DNA of 63,197 nt, counting the filler, from Trichomonas gallinae (lineage: Eukaryota): the NCBI GenBank assembly GCA_008369845.1. It is 10 parts of 10 records of this genome, joined end to end, with 100 filler letters (N's around TTAATTAATTAA, not from the genome) between each part and the next. Parts side by side here need not be neighbours in the genome. Positions count along the whole stretch, not along the records: positions 1 to 17,068 come from MRSU01000124.1; 9 more parts are not named here. One strand, 5' to 3'. A program made the translations under genes and the position numbers. Shown here piece after piece: positions 1 through 11,100 of the stretch. The notes under the pieces are model-generated. The model ran no database searches and was not told the origin of the DNA. It saw only the letters and a list, made by a program, of their open reading frames with translations. Each line of letters opens with the position of its first letter. The stretch's first letter is position 1.

Positions 1-819
1 TATCAAATAAAAACGACCAAAAAAATTGAATACGTATCGAAAAAGCTGTCTGACATCGAAAAAATGAGCAACAGTAATTTTTTCAAAAAAATATTTTCCA
101 TAACCTCATGTTTTTGGAATCTAAATATAGAATATCTACTAAATGGTTTTATTAACAAACGTCAAAATCTAAAAGACTGCAATCTTCCAATAATGACAAT
201 TTTAATACTAATATTTCGAGCTAACATTTTAACCAGTAGGTTTCTTCTGGCCATATATGATGTAATATTAGAATTAAAATCGTGTATCATCAAATAATAT
301 GCGAAAAATAAAGTATATAAAAAAATTTGATGGAGATTTTATGTTTTGAATTTTTATTCTTTTCAATATGAATAAAGTCATTTTCTGCAGGTTTATGTAT
401 AATAATGATATACATTCATTTATTTGCACATTTCATTTAGGATCTACAGCCTAATTCGAAAGTTTTTTTTTTTAAATTGATCAAATTAGAAGTCGTATAT
501 ACAATGACACATGCTTACATCCAAGTGAACACTCTAACTTCAGCAACTATATCTTTTAATGTGTCAAAAGATCTGCATCATTCTACGATAGAAATATAGT
601 TTCGGCTGATTTGTAATAATAATGCACAGCAAACAACTTCAATGAAGAGTACAAACTAAAGAGCAGCATATTACTTGCCTTATAGTTGGTGATAGATTTA
701 TTACAGTAATGTGAGTACTATTTTGAAGGGTCATTCTATTTAATCAAGGGGATTTGTAAACTTAACAATACTACTTTTGTGATAATACGCATTACAACAT
801 AATAATTAATGTAATTTAG

Positions 820-1962
820 TTTTGTACGTTTTTTTCATTATCAAAAGTCAAATGTAAACATCACAAAAGAGTTAGAATTCTGAAGACAATTCAATTTTTT
901 TTATGTGATTTTTATTATGCAGAACAACATAATGAAGGATCAATAAACAATCAAAATAAAGCATATATCACCATCTATAGAGACTGGACATCATACTATG
1001 ATGTTCATGACGAATATAATAGCGGTAGAATTGAATTATCATCATTTTCAGGAAATTATTACGTCACATATAGTATATTTGAAAACCATTCAACAAATTC
1101 TGCGATTAGAATAACATCTATTTCAGATGACGCGAAGTTCCTTGTTGAGTTATCAACGTTTACAAATTGTAGTAATACAAATAACCTTAATGGTGGCGCA
1201 GTCTATTTTGGCAAAAGCGGCCAATCTGTAGTGTCAAAAACATGCTGCATTAAATCATTTACAAATAATAACGGCCAATTTATAGGAATATATTCAAGCA
1301 AAAATTCGACCTTCAAGAATTATTTCTTTTATTCTTCTGTTTCTGAATGTGGAGTTGATGATGCACAGTCCTATGCTCCTTTCTACTTGGTTTGTGGCCA
1401 TCAAAACGCCTCAAATATAAATGTAACATCCAATAAAGTCAGAGGCGAATCTGGAGGATATCTTTCAAGATGTTATGGTGATTCTTTGATGCTGTTTAAC
1501 TCCATTTCAAATAACTCAAATATAGACCCCAGCTATGGCGCTTTTACATACTTTGGTTCAGAAAATAATAGCAAATTAAACATCAATTCATGCAATTTAT
1601 ATGATAACCCTCAATGCGGGAGATCACTTCTCGTATTTTTTGAAGTGACAGCCATTGTCTCAGGTTCCAACTTTTTCAAAAATGATGCTACTTACCTTGT
1701 TTATAATTTCCATGTTGGATACACTATCACAGTTAAAGATTCATATTCAGATTCTTTAACAGAGAAGACAGGATCTGGCCCAGTTAACTTTGAAAATATT
1801 ATGAAAAATAAAATTGATCTTTATATCGATGACATACAGCCGAACAATTGCTATGAAAAATTTGTTTATGCTTCTAACAATATGAAGTCAACATGTGAAT
1901 GCGATTACATAGCAATGTTTAGAGCCGAGTTTTTATTACATCAATTGATTTTTATTATTTAA
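820..1962 (+). pseudogene. Pmp-like (polymorphic membrane protein-like) Asn/Cys-rich surface protein with no usable in-frame ATG; probable pseudogene or 5' frameshift
   Basis: The frame of ORF 1231..1962 stays open back to TAG 817-819 and encodes ...FLVELSTFTNCSNTNNLNGGAVYFGKSG (GGA[ILV] and FxxN-type motifs) and a hydrophobic C-terminus (FLLHQLIFII). The ATG at 903 after an Inr-like TCAATTT is followed immediately by TGA and is out of frame. Confidence 0.55.
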
Positions 1963-2171
1963 ATTAAAATATCATATGTAATCTTCAAATAGGAAAAATA
2001 TAATCTTCGAACATATTGCAAACCGTTTAACAGCGTTTTTGAAATGTAAAAATAATATTTTCTTACTATCTAACTCATTTAGAAGGTATTAAAGATGTTT
2101 TTAAATAAAAATATGCTCTATTATTTCTTTCAAAGTTCTAAATATCATGAATGACAATTGTAAAATGTTAA

Positions 2172-2427
2172 GGGTCCCCTTGGCGACCAAATAGCGGTCT
2201 CAATTTTTCAATGCGGTATTGAAAATTATCGTTTTGCCCAGAAAAACAAACCCACATTTTGAATAGATCTAATGCGCTAACAATATGTACCACTTTGTAG
2301 GTGGTGCTAGGATCATCTACAAAATAATTCTCTCGCTTAATTTTTTTAATTAATCGGCCCTAATATTCACTTTTGGATAGGTCATCCAAAAATAGACGAT
2401 AGACCGCTATTTGGCCGGAGCGGACCC
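2172..2427. mobile_element. Non-autonomous DNA transposon (MITE) with TTAA target duplication, Kolobok-like
   Basis: TTAA at 2168-2171 and 2428-2431. Imperfect ~29-bp TIRs: GGGTCCCCTTGGCGACCAAATAGCGGTCT versus rc GGGTCCGCTCCGGCCAAATAGCGGTCT. Termini are GG...CC. A second copy of the terminus starts at 58043. Confidence 0.8.
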
Positions 2428-2536
2428 TTAAAAGTCAAGAAAGAAAAATGTAAATCGTAAAGTGTCAAAAATCCCTAAAATGTCAAAAATTAATATCCCC
2501 TTTATATGTTTTTCACCCCCTTTTCAAGAAAAAAAT

Positions 2537-3727
2537 ATGAGTGATTCTCATCTGGTGACCGTTTTAAATTTAAGTCGCCAGCAGGACTCCACAGAACGCG
2601 AGAAAATCCAGTTCCTGAGGAATGACCTGTTTTTCCAGTACAGTTTTCTTCTAGAACTCGATTTATCGAACAATAATCTTAAATTCTTGCCTTTATCGAT
2701 CTCGCAATGCTTTCTACTCGAAAGAATCAATATATCATACAATCCTATCGTTGTTCCTCCACTTGTTTTGTTCTCTCTTCCTAAAATTAGACAACATCCT
2801 GAAAATCTTCGCTTCGGAGAAAACCAAAAATGCACGCCTTTCATGGTTAAGAGCATACTGAACCAGAGCAGCCAAACAAATCAAATGGTTATCGACTTCA
2901 CGGAACCAGATAATTCAATAACTACAATTTCTGTTGCTCCTTCGACTACATTGAATGAGTTATTTGTATTAACACATCCAGAATTATCACATTTGAAAGA
3001 CTATTTATTCATAGTTCGAACAGTTGAAGATAAATATAAATTATATTTACAACCAGACACTATTCCTATTGCTCCTTATTTCTATCCAGATGCAAAGTGG
3101 TCATTAGAGCTTAAATATGTGCCAAAATCAATAATTCCACAAGTTTTACCACTTATTAAGAATTATATTTTACAGCAAAAAGAGATTTTTAGTGTTGATC
3201 TAGTTTTAACACAAGCTTTGAACTTCGTCCCATCAAATACAGCATCCTCTAGCGATATTAAGAATTTAGTGAATATTATGAGAAAATCAGATTTATTTTC
3301 AGCTCGACATTTTATTGCATATCTCGAAAACGACAAAAAACTTGATGTTGCAGCAACAAATGATTGCATTACCGTTAGAAGCTACAATTCTTTGAATTAC
3401 AAGTGTTTTAAACAGAATTCGATATCATTCGATTGCATTAACACGATTTTCTTGTTGGTATGCGGAGATATGGCCGTAAAGCTCAATAAGGAATTAGCAT
3501 CAGGTTTGCTGCCTCTTTTTGCAATGGCAATTGAAAAAAGTAATTTGATCATTAAAAATACTGACGAAATTTCAGATTTAGTTGCATCATCCGATGAAGC
3601 AATTGATTCTATTAGTCATGACACGAAACCATTAAATGTTTCTGAAGATCAAATTGATAATTTATTGCAAAAACTGAAAGAATACAAATCTTCCAAAGTT
3701 ATGTTTACTGCAAACGAAAAATTGTAA
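2537..3727 (+). CDS. Leucine-rich repeat protein
   Basis: N-terminal LRRs (LLELDLSNNNLKFLPLSISQCFLLERINISYNPI). ATG 2537 follows a pyrimidine/CCTTT tract; the ORF-track start at 2462 is GTG. Confidence 0.75.
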   Translation: MSDSHLVTVLNLSRQQDSTEREKIQFLRNDLFFQYSFLLELDLSNNNLKFLPLSISQCFLLERINISYNPIVVPPLVLFSLPKIRQHPENLRFGENQKCTPFMVKSILNQSSQTNQMVIDFTEPDNSITTISVAPSTTLNELFVLTHPELSHLKDYLFIVRTVEDKYKLYLQPDTIPIAPYFYPDAKWSLELKYVPKSIIPQVLPLIKNYILQQKEIFSVDLVLTQALNFVPSNTASSSDIKNLVNIMRKSDLFSARHFIAYLENDKKLDVAATNDCITVRSYNSLNYKCFKQNSISFDCINTIFLLVCGDMAVKLNKELASGLLPLFAMAIEKSNLIIKNTDEISDLVASSDEAIDSISHDTKPLNVSEDQIDNLLQKLKEYKSSKVMFTANEKL

Positions 3728-3921
3728 TATCCATTGTTTTTTTTTTCTTGTTTTGTTTAATTAAATTTTTGTATTTTATTCATTGCATAAAATTGAAAAA
3801 TTTAGATATATATTGCAATAAATTTTTTAGATGATTTTTTTTGTTCGCTATTCTCTCAGAGTCTGATTTAAAACTCATCTGTTTACTTCTTGTCAGGAAT
3901 TTTGTCAAAATTGAATCATGA

Positions 3922-4693
3922 TTAAATAGCATCTTGATCTTCCAACATTTTTACGATTTCATGATGACCTTCTTGTGTAGCCAAAATTAAAGCCGTTTTG
4001 TTGTTTGCGTTGACATCTATTCTATAGGATCTGTGAGAAGGAATGTGATAACATCATGATAGCCATAATATGAAGCTAAAATCAAAGCTGTGTTGTTGTC
4101 ATTGTCTTTTGTGTTCACATCTATTCCAGGAAATTGTGAGAAGAAGTTTGACAATTTCATGATGGCCTTCTTTTGAAGCACAAATCAAAGCTGTGTTGTT
4201 GGATTCATCTTTTGCGATTGACAACCTCATGATAACCATAATATGAAGCTAAAATCAAAGCGTTATTATTGTATTTATCCCTTGAGTTAATGTCAATACC
4301 ATATTCGATCAAAAGATGAACCAAGTTTTGCATGCTATCAAAATCTGCTTTAGTGCTTATGTTTTTGCCATTTTTACCTCTTTCTATCGCGTAAACAATT
4401 TTTTCTCTGACGGCAAATGACATGGCATCTTTGTCGTTTGCTGTTGCAATTCTTACGCAAATTTCGTAGATTTTATCAAAATTCTCTTCTGTTTTCGGAA
4501 TCTTTTTTAATTCTTTGATATTTTTGTTCACTGCCTGAGTTTCGGGTTTTGATGATGTTTTTTGTGAATTTTGTTTGATTTCGGTAGAAAGTTGATCAAT
4601 TTTGGAGAATGCTGACTCAATGATGGTTGCAATAGATTCGAGAATGTCAAGGTGGACGCATCGACCTATGACTATTGATCGATTTAAAGTCAA
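3922..4693 (-). pseudogene. Ankyrin repeat protein, frameshifted pseudogene
   Basis: ORF 4205..4693 (TTG start) ends in GIDINSRDKYNNNALILASYYGYHEVV. Further ankyrin units (NNTALICASKEGHHEIVKLLLT, NNTALILASYYGYHDV, KTALILATQEGHHEIVKML) continue in shifted frames to TAA near 3922. Confidence 0.75.
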
Positions 4694-4796
4694 AGAATTT
4701 CATTTTTAAACCCAGTAATTAATAAATTGAGATACATTACACGATATATGACTGAAAAAAACAGGAAAATTATGATAGAAAAAAAAAACAGAATAT

Positions 4797-6452
4797 TTAA
4801 AAAACAGATTGAGTGATTTTGTGTAGCAGCCAGTAGTTATAGTTTGCCTCCTTGATAGGCTGCGTGCACTGCTCTATGAAAGGAAATTCGCCGACGTTTG
4901 AAACAGAGAAAAGTTCGCTGCAGTCTTCACTGCCGACAATGTGAAGAAGGTGAATTCCTTTCCTAACATCGAACAGTGCAGACTCATTGCTGAGGACTCC
5001 AGGATGCAGGACAGTTTTTTGAGATGGACTGGAATTAAGAGAAACCAAAGGTGACAGAAGATTAAAAACGTCATCATCATTACGCGACAATATTTCATTA
5101 GCTATTTCGTGATCTACAACTAATTTCAGCGCGTTTGCAGCAATCTTAAGACGCTCATAATTTCCAGCATCAAGAATATCCCTGAAGTAGTCCAAGCCAA
5201 GAACAAGCATGAAGTTTTTCAGTTGTTCATCTATTTGTTCATTTTGTAAAATTTTCAAGGCCAAAGTTGAGGCTGCGGCACCAACAACTGAGCTAATATT
5301 CAAAGAACGCCTGATGACTGACTGATCGTTGGAAAACTGCAGCTTGATTGGGATCACACGCTTGAATCTTCTAACATTTGCATCAAAGTATTGAATAACA
5401 ACTCTCAGATCTGGAACATAGCCTTTTGTTAGATTTCTATCTATATTCAACATGAATCTTATTGTGTCTCCTGCAATAATTTTATTAAAAATATATCTAT
5501 CGCCAGGACAAGAGCAGAAGTTTGCAATACACGTTGAACTAACAATAGATGATGATCCATGAAGATAAACGCAGCAAAACCTTGCATATGGCAAAACAAC
5601 AAGATCATAAAATTGTTTCATTATTAAATTGACTTGTTCGAAGCCGTAGTGTCTTATATGGCTGCTAGACTCTTTAATGAGACGCAAAATGTTTGGTCTT
5701 TGCATTTCCCCTAAAAACGCAAAATTAAATGAAAGATGATATTGTTGGCATTGATGAATGATTTGGTCGATCTGTTCATTGGTAGCATCTTGTGTTAGAT
5801 CAGATGATATGAATAATATAGGCGTGCGCAGATCTGATATATATCGATTTAAATAAATGAGCAAAGTTCCCAAAGAGATCGAAACCGGCTCAGGTTCAAG
5901 AGTTTCGAGGACATCAATGTATTTGAGCAAGAGATCGGACATTGTATTCGCTTCGAAATATATCATTTCGCAATCTAATGGAAATTCGTCAGATAAATCG
6001 GGGAAAATAAAGAATGAAAATGATTTTCTGTCCTTTGTAATATAAGGTACTCGTACAGTGTTGCCGTAAGCTATAATAGTTAAGGCACAAAATGGTTTCG
6101 ATAAAATAAAGTTGCGTATTTCGTTACAAAACTGCTTAACTAAGCCACTTTGTACTGTTTTATGAGATATTTCGATGACTATTGTGTATGCTTTTTGATT
6201 TAAATTAGGTTGAATCATTGGCTTTGTTCTATCGTAATTTTCGGAGTCAGGAGGGTGATATATATCACATATACCTTTGACATCTGTGATTTTTATGTCT
6301 TGATACGCTTGATTTAGAGTTGGAACTTTTGGATTTTCGACAGGGAAAGGAGTAATCGCGAAATAATATGATTGGCCAACTACAGGCAAGTCAAAAGGCG
6401 ACTGACTGAAATATGATGGAACATGATTAACAAATAAGCTATATTCAGACAT
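4797..6452 (-). CDS. Divergent Sec23/Sec24-like protein (trunk and beta-sandwich regions)
   Basis: AYTIVIEISHKTVQSGLVKQFC...LTIIAYGNTV resembles the Sec24 trunk. VIQYFDANVRRFKRVIPIKL resembles the Sec24 beta-sandwich. Inr TCACTT lies ~25 nt upstream of the ATG. Confidence 0.65.
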   Translation of the reverse strand: MSEYSLFVNHVPSYFSQSPFDLPVVGQSYYFAITPFPVENPKVPTLNQAYQDIKITDVKGICDIYHPPDSENYDRTKPMIQPNLNQKAYTIVIEISHKTVQSGLVKQFCNEIRNFILSKPFCALTIIAYGNTVRVPYITKDRKSFSFFIFPDLSDEFPLDCEMIYFEANTMSDLLLKYIDVLETLEPEPVSISLGTLLIYLNRYISDLRTPILFISSDLTQDATNEQIDQIIHQCQQYHLSFNFAFLGEMQRPNILRLIKESSSHIRHYGFEQVNLIMKQFYDLVVLPYARFCCVYLHGSSSIVSSTCIANFCSCPGDRYIFNKIIAGDTIRFMLNIDRNLTKGYVPDLRVVIQYFDANVRRFKRVIPIKLQFSNDQSVIRRSLNISSVVGAAASTLALKILQNEQIDEQLKNFMLVLGLDYFRDILDAGNYERLKIAANALKLVVDHEIANEILSRNDDDVFNLLSPLVSLNSSPSQKTVLHPGVLSNESALFDVRKGIHLLHIVGSEDCSELFSVSNVGEFPFIEQCTQPIKEANYNYWLLHKITQSVF

Positions 6453-6474
6453 GGCCTTTTTTTTATTACTACAA

Positions 6475-6480
6475 AAGTGA
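6475..6480 (-). promoter_or_regulatory. Trichomonad initiator (Inr) element TCACTT
   Basis: TGTCACTTTT on the minus strand just upstream of ATG 6452. Confidence 0.6.
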
Positions 6481-6651
6481 CAAATTTTAAAAAATTTTGA
6501 AAAATTAAAAAACTTTTTAGAGGCTTTTTAACCTTGCCAATATATAGTAGTCCTGCTAAGTATTCATATGCTTTTTTTTTAAATTATTTTATATATTTTT
6601 ATAATTACTATCGATATATGTAGGAATTCATGAGAGATTTCGCATGCTTGT

Positions 6652-7092
6652 TCATGAGTACTCAAGATCCATAATCTTTGTGACGCGGCGCTCGTGGCGG
6701 TCTCCAAGGAAATCTGTTGTAAGGAATGTCTTAACAATGTCGATTGCTGTCTCTGGGCCGATGACACGAGCTCCCATGGCGACAATGTTAGCATTGTTGT
6801 GCTGGCGGCACAACATTGCTGTTAAGTGCTCGTGACAAAGTGCGCAGCGGATTCCCTTGCACTTGTTAGCGGCGATAGAGATGCCGATACCTGTTCCACA
6901 GATAAGAACACCAAACTGAGCATTGCCAGATTGGATTTCCTTGGCAGCAGCCTGTGCGTAATCTGGATAATCGACGCTATCTGTTGAATTTGTGCCTACA
7001 TCGATAACATCGTGGCCGAGGGACTTGATTGTGTCAATGACTGTTTGCTTGAGAGCAAATCCACCATGATCACAGCCAACAACAATCTTCAT
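6652..7092 (-). CDS. rpiB: Ribose-5-phosphate isomerase B
   Basis: MKIVVGCDHGG, DYPD, ICGTGIGISIAANK, RQHNNAN and RHERRV signature motifs. Most likely start is ATG 7092 (MKIVVG). Confidence 0.95.
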   Translation of the reverse strand: MKIVVGCDHGGFALKQTVIDTIKSLGHDVIDVGTNSTDSVDYPDYAQAAAKEIQSGNAQFGVLICGTGIGISIAANKCKGIRCALCHEHLTAMLCRQHNNANIVAMGARVIGPETAIDIVKTFLTTDFLGDRHERRVTKIMDLEYS

Positions 7093-7494
7093 TTTGGCAC
7101 TTTTTGTGCCACCATTCAAACTCAAAATCTGACAATCCTTATCCATACTTTTTGGATCTATACATGCCTATACATATACACATTTTCTGTCACTATCGCA
7201 CACCTCGACGCGATATGCGAAAGCCCTCTATAGATTTTTTACGGGTTCGTTCAAAATTCATCCAATATCAATATTCGTATTAAAAATCAATTCTATCGTT
7301 CCTCAGCTATGTTAAACATCCACCAAAATAGCCCTTTTTCTATTATTCAATCTCAGTTTGTATAGAAGGGGGCGTATTATAAACATTAAAATTGAAGATC
7401 CATATTTAAACAGTAATATATGCACATTATAGGGATGCAATATTTCAGCGGGATCGAGATAGAATTTATATCATTATTTCTTATTATTGAATAC

Positions 7495-7548
7495 TTGTAA
7501 ATCAAAAATAATGACAAGTATATTTTTGTCATTATTTTTGATTTACAA
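7495..7548. repeat. Perfect 23-bp inverted repeat with 8-nt spacer
   Basis: TTGTAAATCAAAAATAATGACAA (7495-7517) and TTGTCATTATTTTTGATTTACAA (7526-7548). Confidence 0.9.
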
Positions 7549-8135
7549 ATGACAAAAATAAGGTTCTACTCGGCTAAATTCCACATCATCGGATTCTAGC
7601 CGGTAACACAAGTCCAACAAGATCTATTTTTTGCAAACTAACATATATTATTAATAAATATCTTCGGTCATATTGTTATTGAAATTTTTTTTTTGTGATG
7701 AGTGATGATTTACCTTCATGAGTTATATATGCTATGAAGAATCACACATATCCTATATTATATATTCATCTGATTCATTATTGTCATATGATTTGCCTGT
7801 TTTTTTTTTGTTGATTCGAATTTTCAATGATAATGCAATCGGAATTATTTTCTGACATGTAAAATAGAAAAGAAAACGAATTCGTATATATATTTGAACT
7901 ATTCCTGGCTACATTTAGCCACCACTTAGCGTTAGCTGTCAACGAAAGGCTATTTTGATTATTTTATTCCGTATATTCTCATCAAAAGTATTCGAAAACA
8001 TCTGAAAAACTATGGATTATTTGTCACTTTTATATGATTTCTGACACATAAATGTAAAGGTCGGTTGAAATTAAATAATTTACAAATGTAAACCTATTAA
8101 AGGCAAAAATTAAGAACCTTTGAAAGCACAAGTAT

Positions 8136-11100
8136 ATGGGCGGTGATTCGGAACATATATGTATCCACTTCACTGACTCTGACTTCATAGACATGAATAT
8201 GGCGCTGGCTGGCAAGCAAAAAGTATTCGATGTTAAAAATTTTATATCCGAATGTTGTCATGTTGACGCTGACAAAATAGTATTAAAATACAAAGGAAAA
8301 GTACTGGACGACAACCTTGTTTTAAGCAAGAAAAATGCGAAAAGTCAATGGGATTGCTTTTTGAAAGAAAAATTGCCTTCGAAACAAGTAGCTATTACAG
8401 AGCCAGATCCAGAAAAAGTCAACCAGTGTATTAATCTCGGTTTTTCTCGCACACAAGTAATGAATGCTTTAATAAATTCAAATAACGACTTAGAAAAAGC
8501 TATAACTTTGCTTACAGCTAAACCAATTCCAATGATTTCTATGCCATCAGATAATGGAACGAAAAAAGGGTCACAAAGCAACTCTAATTCAGCAGATTCG
8601 TCAGCGCTCATAGATTCTCAAATTACAGCAATTACGCCGCCATATGATGATTTTCTAAATAGTATTCCGGTCGATAAATATGTAATGAGCCATTATTCAA
8701 TATTTGGATATGCCGATTCTGATTTTTCAGCTTTCATTAATGGTGTGCGTAACAATATTGTTAGCACACATGAATTTCATACCTTCAGAACTCGATGCGC
8801 ATCAATTACGGCCGATGAATTAAAGATTATCACCAATTTTCGTCAAAATCCAGAGAGTTTGCCCGACGAACTTAGGACATTTTACTCGAATTTACTAGAA
8901 AATAACAGAAAAATTCTTCTATTTCAAAATACAATTCCAGCACCTACAATTTTGAAGCAAATTGCTGAAAGTCGGGGTAAAAGCAGTGAAATAATGCAAA
9001 ATATATCAAAAGACTGGAACAAAATTTCTGTGAACGAACTCGAATTAATTATCGAAATTAGGAAACGGAAACTATCCATTGAGAATCAACCGAAGCCAGC
9101 AGAATCTACGCCAATACCTTTCGAATACTTGCCACTTCACTATGATGAGTTTTTGGCATCAATTCGAAGCGATGTCAAACCATCTGACGTTTCTTTCTCA
9201 GTTTTTGGTTTCGAAGGCGAAAATTACGATGACTTGCTCTTCCACATACACGAGAGCAAACCTACTGTTGCCCAATTCGAAAAATATCGCGAAAGAATGA
9301 TTCAAATCGATTTTCACGAGCAAAGAAGGATCATAGAGTTCCGAAACAGGCGTATTTACATACCAAAAGAGGCTATCGATTATTACGAGCATTTACAGAT
9401 GGATACAAGACAATTACTTCTATATTCGAAACAAGTTTCAGATCCAGGCACTTTTATACAGCAAATCATCAACAGACAACCAGAGCCACACCTTTTCGAG
9501 AAACTCACAGTAAATTGGCAGCGAATTACGCTAAACGAGTTTAAATTATTATTAAAACTTCGCACAATGCCAGAAGGCAGCAAATCGCGTCCTAGAGTTT
9601 CAGACGACATTAATGACCTCAAGGAGGAGTTCGAGCAGGTGAGCGACCCAGAAATTCAGCCCGATTTCCTATTAACAGGAAACTTCGAGAAATCAATTGC
9701 TGTGATTTCTTTTTCTTTCCTTTCCAGCGTCCATTTATTCGCCAGGCGTCATAAGCCTTCTGTCAAGGAGCTATCTGAGTTCCTCGTTTACGTTTTCAGT
9801 AGATGTCCGCACGTTGAGAAAAGATCTCTCAAAAAAATCCCGCAAATACATTCTAGCAAGTACTTATGCATCGACAGGAGGTATTTTGGTAACACAAAGC
9901 TTGCGAAAATGCTGAAAGATTCAGATTCCATGGATGAAATTGCAAAGAAAATTAAATCAAAGGTTGCAAAGCAAACTGCAGCGGCCAATATACCTGCTAA
10001 CCTTACACATGTCAACAGTGTTCCACTATTAATGAACCAGCATGATACAGAAACCGAAGTTGATTTAACAATTAATCTCGAACTCGACCAAAATGATTCG
10101 GACACAAAAGCTCCAGTGAAACTCTTCAGCTCATCCGATATGAAGAGTGCTGCAGGCTTAGTAGTCACTGCAAACCCACCTGCTCCAATTTTAATACGAA
10201 CAGAGCCAATGCTTGCAGATGAAGATGGCGAAAAATCCAAGAAGTCAACAAGGAGATCTTATTCTTCTAAAAGTGCGTCAAATTCCGCTGCATCTAAAAA
10301 AGATGAAACACATTCTGTATCACAGAAAGGTCCAACATACTTAACAGTACCACAAATCAATACAAATTACACTGTATCACAAAAGGCGCCAAATATCACT
10401 GTTCCTGAGAAATCACCTGGCAAATCTCCAAACATAACATCACCAGAAATGTCTCCAGCCCAGAAAACACCAGAAAAATCCCCAAGCAAGCATCCTACAG
10501 AAAAATATCCAAGTTCTTCAACTTCTGAAAAATCTCCGAATATCACTGCACCAGAGAAGTCAGAAATATCACCAATTATCACACTAAAATCACCCAGTAT
10601 CACAGCTTCATCCAAGCAAACCGAAAGAACCGATAATGAATCTGACAGTGATAATAATTCACAAAAGAAATTTAACCGGCAGATATCCTTCCAACAGATT
10701 GTTGGCATTGGTCAATTATACAGGGACTCTGTTGCAATCAACACTGACAAGCCATCTGAAGAGGAAAAGAATGACACGGGAACACAAATGAATCATATCG
10801 ATTATACAGAAACAGCTTCAAACACAGAAAAAATCAAATACTCGGAAACAACTACAAACACAGAAAAAGTCATCTACTCCGACCTTGGCGTCAATCCATC
10901 ACGCGACAACTATTCTGATAGGAGCACTCAGTCCAGCGTAATCAAGTTTGCTGACCAAGAAACAAACACAGCTACTCAGCAGCAAAAACAAGTTAACCTG
11001 GAAATTTCGACGACGAAAGAAATTTTTGTTGGAAAGACTCCTAAACGCTACAACCAAGTCACAAACACGTCATCTGTCAAGCCAGACAACAAGTATGTCC

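Noticed and set aside
64..297. 77-aa ORF
   Set aside because: AT-rich, no recognisable motif or codon bias; likely spurious
2462..2536. ORF-track starts at GTG/TTG (also 19756, 22303, 28992, 33131, 42025, 43681, 50955, 55959, 60366)
   Set aside because: Eukaryotic context; downstream ATGs lie just after Inr/CCTTT/AAAGTGAC elements or give more plausible starts
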